Below are positions 1 to 14,635 of a stretch of DNA of 64,000 nucleotides, piece by piece (the first letter of the stretch is position 1; every line of letters begins with the position of its first letter). Origin of the DNA: Tubiluchus corallicola (Eukaryota; Animalia; Priapulida); contig JAQGDQ010000565.1 of NCBI GenBank assembly GCA_030141605.1, positions 1-64,000 on the forward strand. Reading direction: 5' to 3'. A model generated the notes under the pieces. The model worked only from the letters and a program-made list of their open reading frames with translations. It did no database searches and had not been told where the DNA came from. Position numbers and translations under genes: made by a program.

Positions 1-825
1 CGCCACTAGTATTAGGTATGAATAAACCATAGACTTTTTGATGGAGTTGGCATCTACCTACAAAATGCAAATTATTAATTAATGCAGTTTCATTGTTCAT
101 TGCATATACCAAAGTGTGAATTGTAATAATATGCACATGTTTTAATCCAGTGTTCTTGGTTTCTTTCTCGGGTGTACTGTAAACAGCAGCTTTTATACTT
201 ATTTCAATCAGAAACGAAGTCTAGGCACTTGTTTTTCAAACTAGGGCAAAATTTAGGAATTCGGTTCACGGCACTCCCATTTTTCTTCTTTCATAACTGC
301 AAGAAATTGCAAAAGAGCAAAGTTTCTATCAGGCCTACATGGAATTCAGTGCCCTTTAAGACTCTACGATGCCCTAGGCTGATAGTTCTGTCCCACCCAT
401 CTTCTTAATGGTTCTTTATGATTTATTAATGAGCAGATGAAACAATTACTTGTGGTGTGTTAGAAACACTATTAATCTAGGTTCTACGTGGTCATTATTA
501 ATTACATGTATTTGCATAGCGCTCATATTCAAGCAGGCTGTGCAACTGCTTTCTGTGCAATACCTTGCACCTGTTCGTTATGTAGCACTTACATAAAAGT
601 TGTTCTCAGTAACTGCCTGTGGTGTGTTATGAAATGCGCCATTTACATGAATATGAAAGTACATATTACACATTTTCCGTGGAGATTAAGAATTTTTTCT
701 AAAAGTGACGCCCCCCCCCCAAACTTTGGCACCCTTGGCTATAGCCTAGTTAGCCTATTTGTTAATATGTCCCAGATAGAATTATATCTTACATAATTAT
801 TTTGAATTGTTTTTCCTACTTCCAG

Positions 826-992
826 GAAACAGAATGTTGCGAATAACAACAACGATGTCAAAGAACCGGGCTGTTCTTGCTGGCTTTTCTTTCAACTAGT
901 TTTATTCATTATTCTTCTTCTGGGATTAGCGGGATTATCCTGGACCACCTGGACATTGCATAAGAAAATTTCTCTTCTGTCTATGCAAAATG
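826..992 (+). CDS. Orphan internal coding exon encoding a type II transmembrane anchor; upstream exon(s) not found in the window
   Basis: Acceptor ttttcctacttccAG (824-825) and donor G|GTAAGT (993). Open frame KQNVANNNNDVKEPGCSCWLFFQLVLFIILLLGLAGLSWTTWTLHKKISLLSMQN with a hydrophobic stretch of about 20 aa. Phase 2 in, phase 1 out. Confidence 0.7.
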
Positions 993-1374
993 GTAAGTTT
1001 CTTAACGTTTTTTGATGAGGATGGCAAAATTTGGGTTTTTGGTTGAGATCCTCGATTGATTTGACATCCATTTTTTACGAAACACAAAGTAGATGCGAAT
1101 GGATCAATGGTTTTTGTTCACATGCAAATATCACTTTTTCTTTTATCTGCTTCCGCATAATCTGCGGATTATGTGATGTTTGAATGTTCGCGCATCCGTT
1201 AGATCCGCAGAAAATGTAGGCAAAAACTAGACTTGGTTATAATATGTGCGTCCTATTTGTCAAAAACTTTTTTGTATGAAGCCAGGAGTTACGATGACTA
1301 ATGAATAATAAAGCACTAGTTAGTCCCCCTGCAAAGGAATTTTCCTTGTAAATCCTGATCGACAACTCACACCA

Positions 1375-2115
1375 CATATGTACATACATCACTCCACCTT
1401 ATCATAGCCATAGCATCACATGATGTACATACATCACTCCACATCACTCCGCCTTATCATAGCCATAGCATCACATGATGTACACACATCACTCCACATC
1501 ACTCCGCCTTATCATAGCCATCGCATCACATGATGTACATACATCACTCCACCTTATCATAGCCATCGTATCACATGATGTACATACATCACTCCACATC
1601 ACTCCACCTTATCATAGCCATAGCATCACATGATGCACACACAACACTCCACATCACTCCACCTTATCATACCCATCGCATCACATGATGTACATACATC
1701 ACTCCACCTTATCATACCCATTGTATCACATGATGTACATACATCACTCCACCTTATCATAGCCATCGTACAACATGATGTACATACATCACTCCACCTT
1801 ATCATAGCCATCGTACAACATGATGATGTACATACATCACTCCACCTTATCATAGCCATTGTACAACATGATGATGTACATACATCACTCCACCTTATCA
1901 TAGCCATTGTACAACATGATGATGTACATACATTACTCCACATCACTCCACCTTATCATACCCGTCGCACTACATGATGATGTAGATACATCGCTCCACA
2001 TCATTCCGCCTTATCATACTTATCACATCGCATGATGTACATACATCACTCCACCTTATCTTACCATTGCATCACATGATGTACATACATCACTCCACCT
2101 TATCATACCTATCGC
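1375..2115. repeat. Minisatellite, about 45-bp unit
   Basis: catgatgtacatacatcactccaccttatcatagccatcgtacaa with length variants. Confidence 0.9.
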
Positions 2116-2280
2116 ACTACACCACAAACCATAATTATCGTAACAAAACGAAAATATTGCGCTGAAATTAGGTAAACTTTTTGTGCAAACAATTGAAGTT
2201 TTAACTTTACGTACGTGGGTTTTGCATGCTCGAAATTTCGCATAAAATCCGCAAATTTTGGCATATACCTATATATTATC

Positions 2281-2489
<209 letters not shown>

Positions 2490-2639
2490 TAAAGCACAAC
2501 ATATACATAGTAGTCCATCCAAATATTAGTGATTACCATGATACGTTACAAATAACTCAAATTAAATATCTAAATTTTTAACTATACCCTAGTTTTCAGT
2601 TGATACATAATTAATGAAAAGTTCCTTTGTCCCTTATAA

Positions 2640-3440
2640 TGCATCAGCGTCTTAAATTTGTGTAACTCTATACACAACTTCAATGCTTTCATGTAAATTT
2701 GAGTGAATGAAAATACTGCAAAGTTTAGAAAAATCAATACTGGAGTATCTGCTACGAATATCTTCTGTTAAGCAGCATTCACACAAGACGCGACGTTCAG
2801 TTTGTATAGCGGGCGGGTGTATCACATACTGACATATTCTGCTTTCTATTGGCATTATTGGTTTATTCCATCGTATTTGTATTTATATCTGGATAAGAAC
2901 CATCCGCTGACCCATTCATATTTTGGCCTAGATGTTGTTCATTTGTTATACAATGGCAGAATGTACTTTATACAATCCGTGGAAAATTGATTTTTGTAGC
3001 TTTTTTATGTCTTGTATGGCATATCTAAGAGAATGTATAATGTGCGATAGCATCTTTGATCAACGAGAGATAAAGGTGTAATTCGTCTTTGTGTTTGTTT
3101 TTCGTCTGCTAGTAATTTTGATTTGGTAGAAATAGCACTGCAGGCTGCCAATTGTACTTTGTTTAGTTTTAGGGCGATTCCCAGAATGCATTGCGAGCTT
3201 GTCGTTTCGCACCGACAAAACAGTATGATCGAGAAAATTGTGATTTTATCCATTGTTCTGCATAAGATCTTTTCTAAGTAAGAATACTTAAAGCACTCGC
3301 GTTATTCTTTGCTACCGTGCATCTTTTACGGAACTGAATATGTGTGCTTCGCAACTGAGCTGCTATGTGCGTCATCTTTGCCATAGAGCTTAAACAAAGA
3401 TCACGCAATATTGTTGCTGGCTACCGCCACTATTGCTGCA
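2640..3440 (-). mobile_element. Decayed LINE ORF2 3' end
   Basis: Minus-strand RWNKPIMPIESRICQY...QTERRVLCEC..DIRSRY resembles the C-terminal Cys/His knuckle of non-LTR ORF2; frames are broken. Confidence 0.5.
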
Positions 3441-3468
3441 TTGTTTATAGTGGATGAATTAATTAATT

Positions 3469-5418
3469 TTATCTTCACAAAGACAATGTCATAATCACAG
3501 AGATGATGTTATCTTCACAGAGATTATGTTATCTTCACAGAGATGATGTTATCTTCACAGAGATACTGTTATCTTCACAGAGATACTGTTATCTTCACAG
3601 AGATACTGTTATCTTCACAGAGATAATGTTATCTTCACAGAGATGATGTTATCTTCACAGAGATACTGTTATCTTCACAGAGATACTGTTATCTTCACAG
3701 AGATACTGTTATCTTCACAGAGATACTGTTATCTTCACAGAGATAATGTTATCTTCACAGAGATGATGTTATCTTCACAGAGATACTGTTATCTTCACAG
3801 AGATGATGTTATCTTCACAGAGATACTGTTATCCTCACAGAGATACGGTTATCTTCACAGAGATAATGTTATCTTCTTAGAGATAAGGTTATCTTCACAG
3901 AGATGACGTTATCTTCTTAGAGATAATGTTATCTTCTCAGAGATGACGTTATCTTTATAGAGATGATGTTATCTTCTTTGAGATAATGTTATCTTCACAG
4001 AGATGATGTTATCTTCTTTGAGATAATGTTATCTTCTCAGAGATGATGTTATCTTCTTTGAGATAATGTTATCTTCACAGAGATGATGTTATCTTCTTTG
4101 AGATAATGTTACCTTCACAGAGATAATGTTATCTTCTTTGAGATAATGTTATCTTCACAGAGATGATGTTATCTTCTTTGAGATAATGTTATCTTCACAG
4201 AGATGATGTTATCTTCTTTGAGATAATGTTATCTTCACAGAGATGATGTTATCTTCTTAGAGATAATGTTATCTTCTTAGAGATGATGTTATCTTCACAG
4301 AGATGATGTTATCTTCTTAGAGGTAAGGTTATCTTCACAGAGATTATGTTATCTTCACAGAGATAATGTTATCTTCACAGAGATTATGTTATCTTCACAG
4401 AGATGATGTTATCTTCACAGAGATGATGTTATCTTCTTAGAGATGATGTTATCTTCACAGAGATGATGTTATCTTCACAGAGATAATGTTATCTTCACAG
4501 AGATAATGTTATCTTCACAGAGATTATGTTATCTTCACAGAGATGATGTTATCTTCACAGAGATAATGTTATCTTCACAGAGATACTGTTATCTTCACAG
4601 AGATAATGTTATCTTCACAGAGATGATGTTATCTTCTTAGAGATGATGTTATCTTCTTAGAGATTATGTTATCTTCTTAGAGATTATGTTATCTTCACAG
4701 AGATACTGTTATCTTCACAGAGATGATGTTATCTTCACAGAGATGATGTTATCTTCTTAGAGATGATGTTATCTTCACAGAGATGATGTTATCTTCACAG
4801 AGATAATGTTATCTTCACAGAGATACTGTTATCTTCACAGAGATGATGTTATCTTCACAGAGATGATGTTATCTTCTTAGAGATGATGTTATCTTCACAG
4901 AGATGATGTTATCTTCACAGAGATAATGTTATCTTCACAGAGATAAGGTTATCTTCACAGAGATACTGTTATCTTCACAGAGGTAATGTTATCTTCACAG
5001 AGGTGATGTTATCTTCACAGAGATGATGTTATCTTCTTAGAGATAATGTTATCTTCACAGAGATGATGTTATCTTTACAGAGATGATGTTATCTTCACAG
5101 AGATAATGTTGTCTTCTTAGAGATAATGTTATCTTCACAGAGATGATGTTATCTTTACAGAGATAATGTTATCTTCACAGAGATAATGTTATCTTCACAG
5201 AGGTAATGTTATCTTCACAGAGATAATGCTATCTTCTTAGAGATTATGTTATCTTTACAGAGATAATGTTATCTTCACAGAGATAATGTTATCTTCTTAG
5301 AGATAATGTTATCTTCACAGAGGTAATGTTATCTTCACAGAGATAATGTTATCTTCTTAGAGATGATGTTATCTTTACAGAGATAATGTTATCTCCTTAG
5401 AGATAGTGTTATCTTCAC
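3469..5418. repeat. 20-bp minisatellite, about 97 copies
   Basis: atcttcacagagat(g/a)atgtt in exact 20-bp register. Confidence 0.97.
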
Positions 5419-6119
5419 ACAGCTGTTCATGTTTTATCAGGCCTAAGGTGACACGTGTTAGAAGATCTTAAAATGTAAGAGTGTTCTCCTGAGATCTGTT
5501 ATCCTTAAAGGGAAAAAAGGGAATTCTAAAGTATGTCCCAAAAATAGTTTTCATACAAAGCTACATTATGCTTAGCTGTTTGAAAAACTTAGGAACTATA
5601 ATTTGGAAAAATTTTTTTTAATAATTTTAAATATTTGTACCAACTGGTAAAAACATCCCAGTGTGCATCACTGGCTCACCAAAAAACACATTAACTATCT
5701 TATTAACGTAAAAAAGTAATTTAAATTTCTGCTTAGTTAGCAAAGAGTGCGCTACGAATGCTTCTGATTATTTTTTTCAAACTTTGCTCAATGTTATCTG
5801 AATTTGTTTCAGTGACTTACAGTTAAAATGGCTGTACCTAACGGCCATCGTGCTAGTTTAAATTTGCAAGTTTTATATCAACGTTACTAACGCAAACCCT
5901 GTGTGCAACAAGACAGCATGCAAGTGATACAAAAAGAGTGTTTCTCGTACTTTAAGTTGTACTTTGTGTTCCTTTAAACTTTGCTACCTTCTCTGTCTTC
6001 CGCCAAAGATGACTTATTCACTTGGTGCACGACCCACTGCTGTTTGTGTATCTTGCTGGTCCTAAATCTACTCCGCTGATGATCTTGTTGTGCTTATTCT
6101 GTTCCTGGCAGGTCTAGAG

Positions 6120-6343
6120 TAAAGTGGCGTTTACGTAGTATCCGGATGCGGATGCGGATGCGTTTTCCAATGCGAAACAATCTCCGGAATAGTGTGCGAA
6201 AAAAATCAAGAACAAATGGCTGCAGTAAAAGAATAATGACACGCAGGCTGCATAAACGGGCGCATTGAAAACAATATAAACCCAATTTTCTATTCTGCAT
6301 CCCCAAATGCATCCACATCCGGATGCTGTGTATTCCCCACTTA
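6120..6343. mobile_element. Small MITE-like element with (CGGATG)n subterminal motifs
   Basis: ...tatccggatgcggatgc at the left end and gcatccacatccggatg at the right end, in inverted orientation. Confidence 0.45.
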
Positions 6344-6399
6344 ACAAGCAAGAGTGTGAACTTGTGTTGTTTGCTTTTACTGAAAATGTAGAGCGTTTT

Positions 6400-7380
6400 A
6401 GTAGCTAAGCAACCAGTTAATTTTAGTTGTAAACAATCACTTATCGACTAACCAGCCAACAACTAACTAATGAGCCAACAACCCAACTGGTCAGCTAAGC
6501 AGTCAATCATACAACCAACCATCGAACAAACTAACAGATAAATCAATCAGCCAGATGGCCACACCAGCAAGCAATCAACAAACTAGTTTGCCATGCATCC
6601 AATGTACTAGCTATCTGAGCAACTAACCAACTAGCCAGCCCGCCAGCTAGCCAGCCAACTAGAGTTGCAACCAACCAACTAATACGAAGCTGTCGCCACA
6701 AATGAAAAAAACTGGCTAATGAAGTTACAACTAACATGTTATCATCCAAGCAGTTGTCTTTCCAACCGACTGACTAATCAACAAACCAACCAACTATTAT
6801 ACCAACCAACCATCAAACCAAGTGACGAAGCCAACCTACTAAGCAATCAGTCAGCAAACCAACCAACACCCAGCAAGTCAGCCAGTCAGTTAAGCAACCA
6901 ACCAACTTGCCAACCATCCAACAAACAAACCATCAACCACTGGCCAGCCAGTTGTACTGCCAATCAGTCACCAACTAACTGACTAATTGGTCATCCATCC
7001 CACAAAGCAACCAGCCAGCCAACTGCACTGCCAGTCAACCAACTAAATACCTGCCGGTCACCAACTAACAAAACAACCACAGCTAACTAACTAATTATCC
7101 ATCCATCCATCCATCAATCCATCCATCCATCCATCCATCCATCCATCCATCCATCCATCCATCCATCCATCCTTCCATCCATCCATCCATCCATGTATCC
7201 AGACAGCCAACCCAAAACGAAAGCAAAGCTAACTATCCCTCTAGCCAACTAACCAGTCACTCACACTGTCAACAGTTAACCCAGCTGTCAATCAGCTAGC
7301 CAGTCAATCGCACTGCAAATAAGTAACGTAACAGAGTCACCCAAGCAACCGACCTGCCAACTAACCAGCCATTCGCTCAA
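6400..7380. repeat. Low-complexity CCAA/CTAA/CCAT tetramer region
   Basis: Degenerate tetramers, with nearly pure (CCAT)n at about 7097-7195. Confidence 0.8.
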
Positions 7381-7469
7381 ATATTTGACTCAGTTTAGCG
7401 TTTCTAGGCCTCTTTAATTCACTGGGCTGCTATATATGTTCGTCATTGCACCTTGCCGTCTGATCATGT

Positions 7470-7860
7470 TTAAACACGTATTGATTAGCGCTCGTCACTC
7501 GCTGGCTTCTCTATGGCTTCCTTGCCACGCCGAGCGGCGCTGACGCTCACCACGTATTCTATTGATTTCCACGAAAACCCCCCGCAGAACGAAAGCGCTT
7601 GTCTAATGAGTGAGTTAGTGGAAGACGTATAGCGTTTAGCTTCCTGTTCGACGTGACGACACAGCTTTTATTTTTGCTCACTAGTTGCACTTTGAACTGA
7701 TTAAACCCTGGCGTGTGACTACTGCATAACCTCACAGCGATTTGAATAAGCTTGCATACGCTGGATATGGTATTTTTGTATTGACTCATGCTAAATATAG
7801 GTCATTGATTATGTTGTACTGTGTTCTAGTGCGCGTTTAACTCGCATGTCACAGTGAGTG
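7470..7860 (+). promoter_or_regulatory. Probable promoter / 5' UTR exon of the EFCAB14-like gene
   Basis: CpG-richer unique segment upstream of the first coding exon; candidate donor GTGAGT at 7854; the ATG exon starts at an acceptor. Confidence 0.3.
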
Positions 7861-8029
7861 TTTTCAGTGCCGAAAGCAGAACTTTATTATGTGATTCTTC
7901 TGAAAATTGGATCAAAGACATTATCGTTAAATTGTGATAATGAAATGAAGCGATAAATGAAGTTTGTGTTATGATGACCGGTGTGTGTTTGGCCATCAAG
8001 ACGTCCGAAGAACTAATGTGTAGTTGCAG

Positions 8030-8298
8030 ATGACCAGAGACTATTCGCTGACCGGTATGGAGACGGGGACCGATGTCCAGTTCAAGCAGAGCAAGAGGTA
8101 CAAGAAGAGGAAGGAACTGGACGCCTTGGTGTCCAGTACGACGTCCAGCAATAATAACTTGCCTCTAGTGGTGCGGACGATTCGGTCCAATGGCCTGATG
8201 AAGGGTATGAGAAGTAGTAGTCACGAACTGCTGCGGACTCACTCCGACACCTCTGATCTGGAGGAGTACGTGAAGACGTCTCATGTTCCCAGGAAAAA
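8030..8298 (+). CDS. EFCAB14: EFCAB14-like coding exon 1 (cytoplasmic tail)
   Basis: ttgcAG|ATG start; MTRDYSLTG...KKRKELDALV...SSHELLRTHSDTSDLEE...PRK; donor AA|GTACGT, phase 2. Confidence 0.85.
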
Positions 8299-11200
8299 GT
8301 ACGTGGCAGCTAGATGGCGTGGCGGGTAGATTTGAGAAACATTTTTTTTCTCTGGAAGTTCACGTTACTTTCTACTCCATGAACTTTTACATGGAATAAA
8401 AATAAAGAATAAGGAAATGGAGTATTATAATTAAGAAAAAAACTTTGGCAAGAAAGAGTATGGTGTCATTTGTTTGAATGTTTGAAGGAATATTGAACAG
8501 TGGTTCGCTTTTTTAATGCGTGACTGTTAATTAGAATTATTTAGGGTTTACTACTTGTGTGATTGCAAACCAAAACCATAAGTCGGTAAAGCTAAAACTA
8601 CGTTATGATGCTTCAAAGTAGAATGAACCAAAATTTGGTCAAATGTCAATTTTTCGTATTTTGTAAAAACCAACGCGAAATATATTGGACTTTTATATTC
8701 TAGCATCAAATTATCTAGGAAGAGTTCAAAAATACTAAAAATCTAATTTTATAACTCCTTACCCACTTTTCTGTCTAGAAACTAGTACTGCAATTGTTAA
8801 AAACTCACATTTTCAAACTCTGATAGTAGCTCCTGGCCGCAGTCATTTTGCTTCAGGTTTTTACTGTTTCCAACCCCAGAGCTTCATCAGGAAGAGCCAT
8901 CAAGTATTCTTGCAAAGTCCATAGCAACCAATATTTGTGCAGTTGCTAAGTGTTTTGTAGAAACGCTACAAAAAACAATGGCTAACTTTAACAGTGATTT
9001 TCTCAAGATTATGTTTTTCAGTGTGCAGCCTGTACCTCAACTTCAATGTTGATTATCTCAGCTTAGAAATAACAGAGAGCGATGAGCTTGGTATCAAAAT
9101 GATCCTCATGAAATGGAGATTCTTAATATGCAAATAACTAGAAAAGCTTAATTGCCGACTTATGGACGGGTTTTTGTTGATGGGTTTCTTGTTTTGAAAT
9201 CCAATTGTGTGTGTCTGTGTGTGTGCCTTTAGTGTGTGTGTGCCTCTATCACAGGTTTAGTAACTTCTGGTGAGAATAAAAAGGTTTTGAGGGTTTTTGT
9301 TGATGTGTTTCTTGTTTTGAAATCGAATTGTGTGTGTCTGTGTGTGTGCCTTTAGTGTGTGTGCCTCAATCACAGATTTAGTAACTTCTGGTGAGAATAA
9401 AAAGGTTTTGAGGGTTTTGTTGATGAGTTTCTTGTTTTGAAATCCAATTGTGTGTGTCTGTTTGTGCTTTTAGTGTGTGTGCCTCAATCACATTATGGCA
9501 ACAGGTGAAGAAATGACAAGGCACTAAATAATACATGTATTAATTATTTATGGGTGTGTGATTTTCGTGTTTGTTTTGCCAATGTATGTTTCAGGGTCCT
9601 ACGTTTGTTTAGCTTTTAAGTATTAGATCTTTGCACGTGCTGTATCAACTTGTGTCAACCTAGAAAGTGTTACCCAAACATTTTTTGACCACTAATAATT
9701 TTGAGAAGCCATTTCAGATGACCCAGTTTCAGTTGCTGCAGCTATGCTGTCCTATTCTTTTATGCTTTTTGTCTATCTGTCTGGTAAAGAGCCGTGCTGG
9801 GCCATGTCCTTTAAGGAAGCCATTGCCATTACTTCCTCAAAGCAAAATAGTGTTTTATCTAAGTGATAAAAGAGGCTGCGTTGACCTACTTTTTTTGGTG
9901 TTTTTGTCTATCTGGTAAAGATCCATGCTGGACCATGTCCTTTAAAGAAACCATTGACATTACTTCCTCAAAGCAAACCAGACTTTTGTAGATGAAGCTT
10001 TTATAAAACCATCTACTGGATGGCAGCTGTAAGTAAATAGTTAATGTCTCAGTGCAATTATGAATCCACCAGAGTCTTTATTGCTACAAAAACCTTTTAC
10101 TGTAACACAAAAGAACATTTTAAAAAAAAACCTATTATCCACGGGCGTAAAACCATGGTTCGATTCCTGCAGCTACACTTGCCATTTCTTACGTAATTAA
10201 GCAAATTGCACCGTCTTTCACCAACGTCTGACTTTCTACTGATTTCTTGAAGACCTTGGCGACCTCATACTCTGACTTTCTACTGATTTCTTGAAGACCT
10301 TGGCGACTTCATACTCTGACTTTCTACTGATTTCTTGAAGACCTTGGCGACCTCATACTCTGACTTTCTACTGATTTCTTGAAGACCTTGGCGACTTCAT
10401 ACTCTGACTTTCTACTGATTTCTTGAAGACCTTGGCGACTTCATACTCTGACTTTCTACTGATTTCTTGAAGACCTTGGCGACCTCATACCCTGATCTTG
10501 TCAAACAGTATTCGTATTCGGCGTGCACAACAAACATTAAGATTCAATCAAGTGATGTGGAACCATCTGACTGCCTACAAACTATTCCATAATTGCATTG
10601 CTATTTGATTACCTCCTTGCCTCAAAGTGGATGCGTGTCGGACACGGTTCAATGGCGAGTCGCTCAAGCGCTAGTGTTGGAAATCTCAAAGACCATCATT
10701 AGCTTTGACTTCGTTTAGATTTGAGTCACGTCTGGAGAGTTAGTACTTTGCTTCTAGCGGTCTTTCATATTGCAGGGCGCAGTTACTAACCCTATAACCT
10801 AAATGGGTGGTTTCTATGAAAACTCATTTCAGTGTGGTAGCAGCAGCGTGAAGAAAAATAAAATACAAACCCTTGTCAAACCAAAAAGTCAAATGCTTCG
10901 ATTGCAAACCCTAAATCAGACCTGCTCATACTTCTAAATTAAAGCAAATTGATCTATGGTAATGGTGGCTGTGTTTTAATATGCCTTCAGACACGACGGA
11001 TAGATGTACAAGGCTATTGTAGTAATTCGCTTCCTTATTTACACAGCATCCTAGTGTTTGTCTAGTAATCACCTGTTTGCCAGATGAAAGTTGATGAATA
11101 TGTTAGCGTGCCTGTTGTCTAGGCAACATCAGAATGGACAGATGCAATAATGTGACTAACAGCGCGTTCAGACTAGAGAGTTTTTTTGTCATGAGTTTTC

Positions 11201-14200
11201 TCTCTCTCTCTCTCTCTGCAATTGTGTACTCTCCGACAGTTGCCGCGAGTTGATTTGCTGTCTAGTGTGAACACCTTGGCGAGTTACTCTCGACACCTCT
11301 CTCTGCAAATAGAAAAATGAGTGTCAACTCGTGCTTACTGTCAGAGAGTAACTCATAGCAAGTTTTTGCTCTTTGGTCTGAGGTCATTTGCTAGTTACAT
11401 GTCAAGGTGATAGGTGGCACTGTTAGATTGTTGTGCACTGGTATTCAGTTTAAGCCCTTAGAATATGGTGGGGAACTGATTTTGGTGTGATAGTTTTCAG
11501 ATGGTGTCTTTGCAGGAACTAGCAGGTACTGTCAGTTGGTTTAGGAAAAGTGTGATCTGCATGCGAAAAGTAGACATTAATCATTTATAAAACTTAAAGG
11601 AAAACCGGACGATTGTTTAGACTCAATCTCATTTTAATTTGCTGTCCAAAATGTGCATTTTCTTGCCAGTAAAAGTTAACCTTTTTTTCTAATATTAGAA
11701 TATTTACCTTGGAAAGTTAATCAACGGCAACCGATTACAGCTGTTGCTTTCATCGCAAATTAACTACAGTTTGTGCAATGGCGGGCATCTTCCCTGCACG
11801 TCAAACACATTTGCTTAAGCGAAGGTCGCTACAAAATGCTGATATAATGTCGCAAAAGTGAGCGCTACATCACGCTGACATCACAGATGAACTCTGCAGT
11901 TCGTGATCATTCTGATTCAATGATAAAAATGCACCGCTGTCAATCTTAGTGGATTCGCTGTGCCTTGCGTAGCTTTGAAAGTTTAACAACATTTAACTAT
12001 CTGAGATAATTATTATTTAATCTAAGCTTTGATTTAAGAAAGCTGTTGTAGTTTTCAATATTTTAGAGCATTCTTTATTTTGAACTAATGTCTAGACAAT
12101 CGTCCAGTTTTCCTTTAACAAATGTCTTATTACCTGTGTTTGATGCTGGTTAACAATATTAAAACTGTTATAGTATATTTCATATGCTCGTAAAAAGCAA
12201 AGGCAAGAGATTTCTGTTATCGACCCATTGCATATGCATACCTAACGGTGAGAGGTTTTGGTTATAAAAGATTTCTGTTATTGACTCATTGCATATGCAT
12301 ACCTAGTGGTCAGAGGTTTTGGTTATAAAAGATTTCTGTTATTGACTCATTGTATATGCATACCTAATGGTCAGAGGTTTTGGTTATAATAAAAGATTTC
12401 TGTTATTGACTCATTGCATATGCATACCTAATGGTCAGAGGTTTTGGTTGTAATAAAAGATTTCTGTTATTGACTCGTTGCATATGCATGAATGAATGAG
12501 TGAATATGAATGAATAACATGCCAGTTTCTATAATAATGTTGTTTGCCATGTGTTATTACAGCATCTTTCAAAGATTGTATGATAGTAGAGAGTTAACTA
12601 GATAAACAACTGCATTTACCATTGCTTTTTGGTATAGGTTTTGGAGATATTTTTGAAGAACCACTGGCTAGGGTATCGTAGGATTTTTGTTTAAAATTAT
12701 TAAAGGAAGACTGGACGATTGTTTAGACTCAATCTCATTTTAATTTACAGTCCAAAATATACATTTTCTTGCCTATAAAGATTAACACAATTGTTCCTTA
12801 TAGTAGAACAATTAGCTGAGAAAGTTAATTAACAGCAACGGAACACAGCTATTGCTTACGTCAGAAACTAACGACAGTCTGTGCTATGCCAGGCATCTTC
12901 CCTTGCGCGTCAAGCACATTTGTGTAAGCGCTTAAACGCGAGGTGTCAGAAAATATGGGCTCTACGTCATATGACGTCAGAAACCAACCCTGCAGTTCAT
13001 GATCATAGTTATGACGGTGCCGCCTTCTATTTGTCGGCCACGCAAATGTGACAAAAAGGTGCTGTTGCCAATCTTAGTAGATTTACTGAGCCGCGCGTAG
13101 CTTTGAAAGTTTAACAAAATTTGAGTATCCGAGGTAATTATTATTTAATCTTAGCTTTGATTTAAAAAAAGCTATTGTAGATTTCAATATTTTAGAACAT
13201 TCTTTATTCTGAACTCGTGTTTACACAATCATCCGGTTTTCCTTTAGCAAAACTACTGGTACATTGTAAATTATAACAGTAGCGAGTTTATCGAGTAGCG
13301 ATAAAGAACTTCAGTTGGAAGCTTTTACCATTGCTTTTTGCTATAGGTTTTGGAGATTTTTTTTGAAGAACCACTAACTACTGCTTTGTACAATTTTTCT
13401 GTAAAATTATTAACAAAACTACAGGTGCAGTATATGATTTATTTGGTAACCATCATTTGGGCCTAGTGTGCAGGCCTTGTGCATTATTTCCGTATTCAAG
13501 GCTGTTGTTCTGTTCTTCCTCCACAGGCAGCGATCCGCTCGTTTCTGTTCCATGTGCATGCCATTGTTCGTGTTCGTTCTCGTCGCCGCTTGCATAGTCT
13601 GCTCGGCCACGCTCATCAAGATACAGCTACAGCTGAAGAGCGAGCTCGATCAACTTAGGGCCGACGTGGAGAAAGGTAACGGTAGATGTTGTGGTCACAG
13701 GTTTCCGCGCAGTTCACTTCCAGTTAATTTATGTGAACACCTCTTACGCAAATTTTGTTTTTTTATTTTTGGCAATGTTTTGTTTTAGCAAATAAAAGAT
13801 GGTATGAAAATAAATGTGTAAAAATAGTGTGAAAAGTTTCAATAAATACGTATACATCATGTAAAAAGCTCAGATAATGAGATGATGCTGCATTTCTAAG
13901 ATTTTTCTGTGTCATTTTTACCGTGCGATTTTTTGCTGTGTCATTTTTACCGTGCGATTTTTTGCTGTGCCATTTTTACCTGTGTCGCTGTTACCTACAT
14001 TCGTAATAATCAGTATGCTAAGCTGCTCTCGTGTTTTGCGGAGTAGTCATGTTTAAAATTATCGTCAAAGAATGCAGTTGCAGAAATGTGTAATTTTGGT
14101 TTGGGTGAATGAATAATTTAAGTCCTGCGATGAGAAAAAAAAGAAAAAACGTTTTAGGGGGGGATAGGTAATGGCAACAGTTTTACACAGAATAGGCTGT

Positions 14201-14581
14201 CCTTTAATAGACATGAATGCTGGGGGATGTAGGGGTGGGGCAATTTGTGGGTGATGCCGTAATCGTCGCCATCTCTCACAAAATCGCTATCAGTACTGTC
14301 GCGTCAAGGCGTGGGTTTATAGGAATGTCAGAATCTGTCTGGCAATCATTCGTGCTAGCTGGTGTGTGTGTGTGCGTGCGTGCGTGTGTGTGTGTTCATT
14401 TTGAAATTTACCTTGAACCAGTTAAGGCTTTCTTACTGGCCTCTTTCAGACATTAATAGTCAACATTTTTAATGGATTGCATACTGGTAGATTTTGGCTA
14501 GTGACAGTAGTTACTACGATGAGTGCTATGGCAGTCGTTTTAGCTAGCACACCACAAACACTTGCTGTGTAGAATGCTTGC

Positions 14582-14635
<54 letters not shown>

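Noticed and set aside
1626-1977. His-rich or Cys-rich repeat ORFs
   Set aside because: Translations of a 45-bp minisatellite, open on both strands by chance.
10227-10495. Regular repeats (also the 20-, 31-, 63- and 64-bp arrays) as CRISPR arrays
   Set aside because: Units are head-to-tail with no unique spacers, there are no cas genes, and the context is eukaryotic introns.
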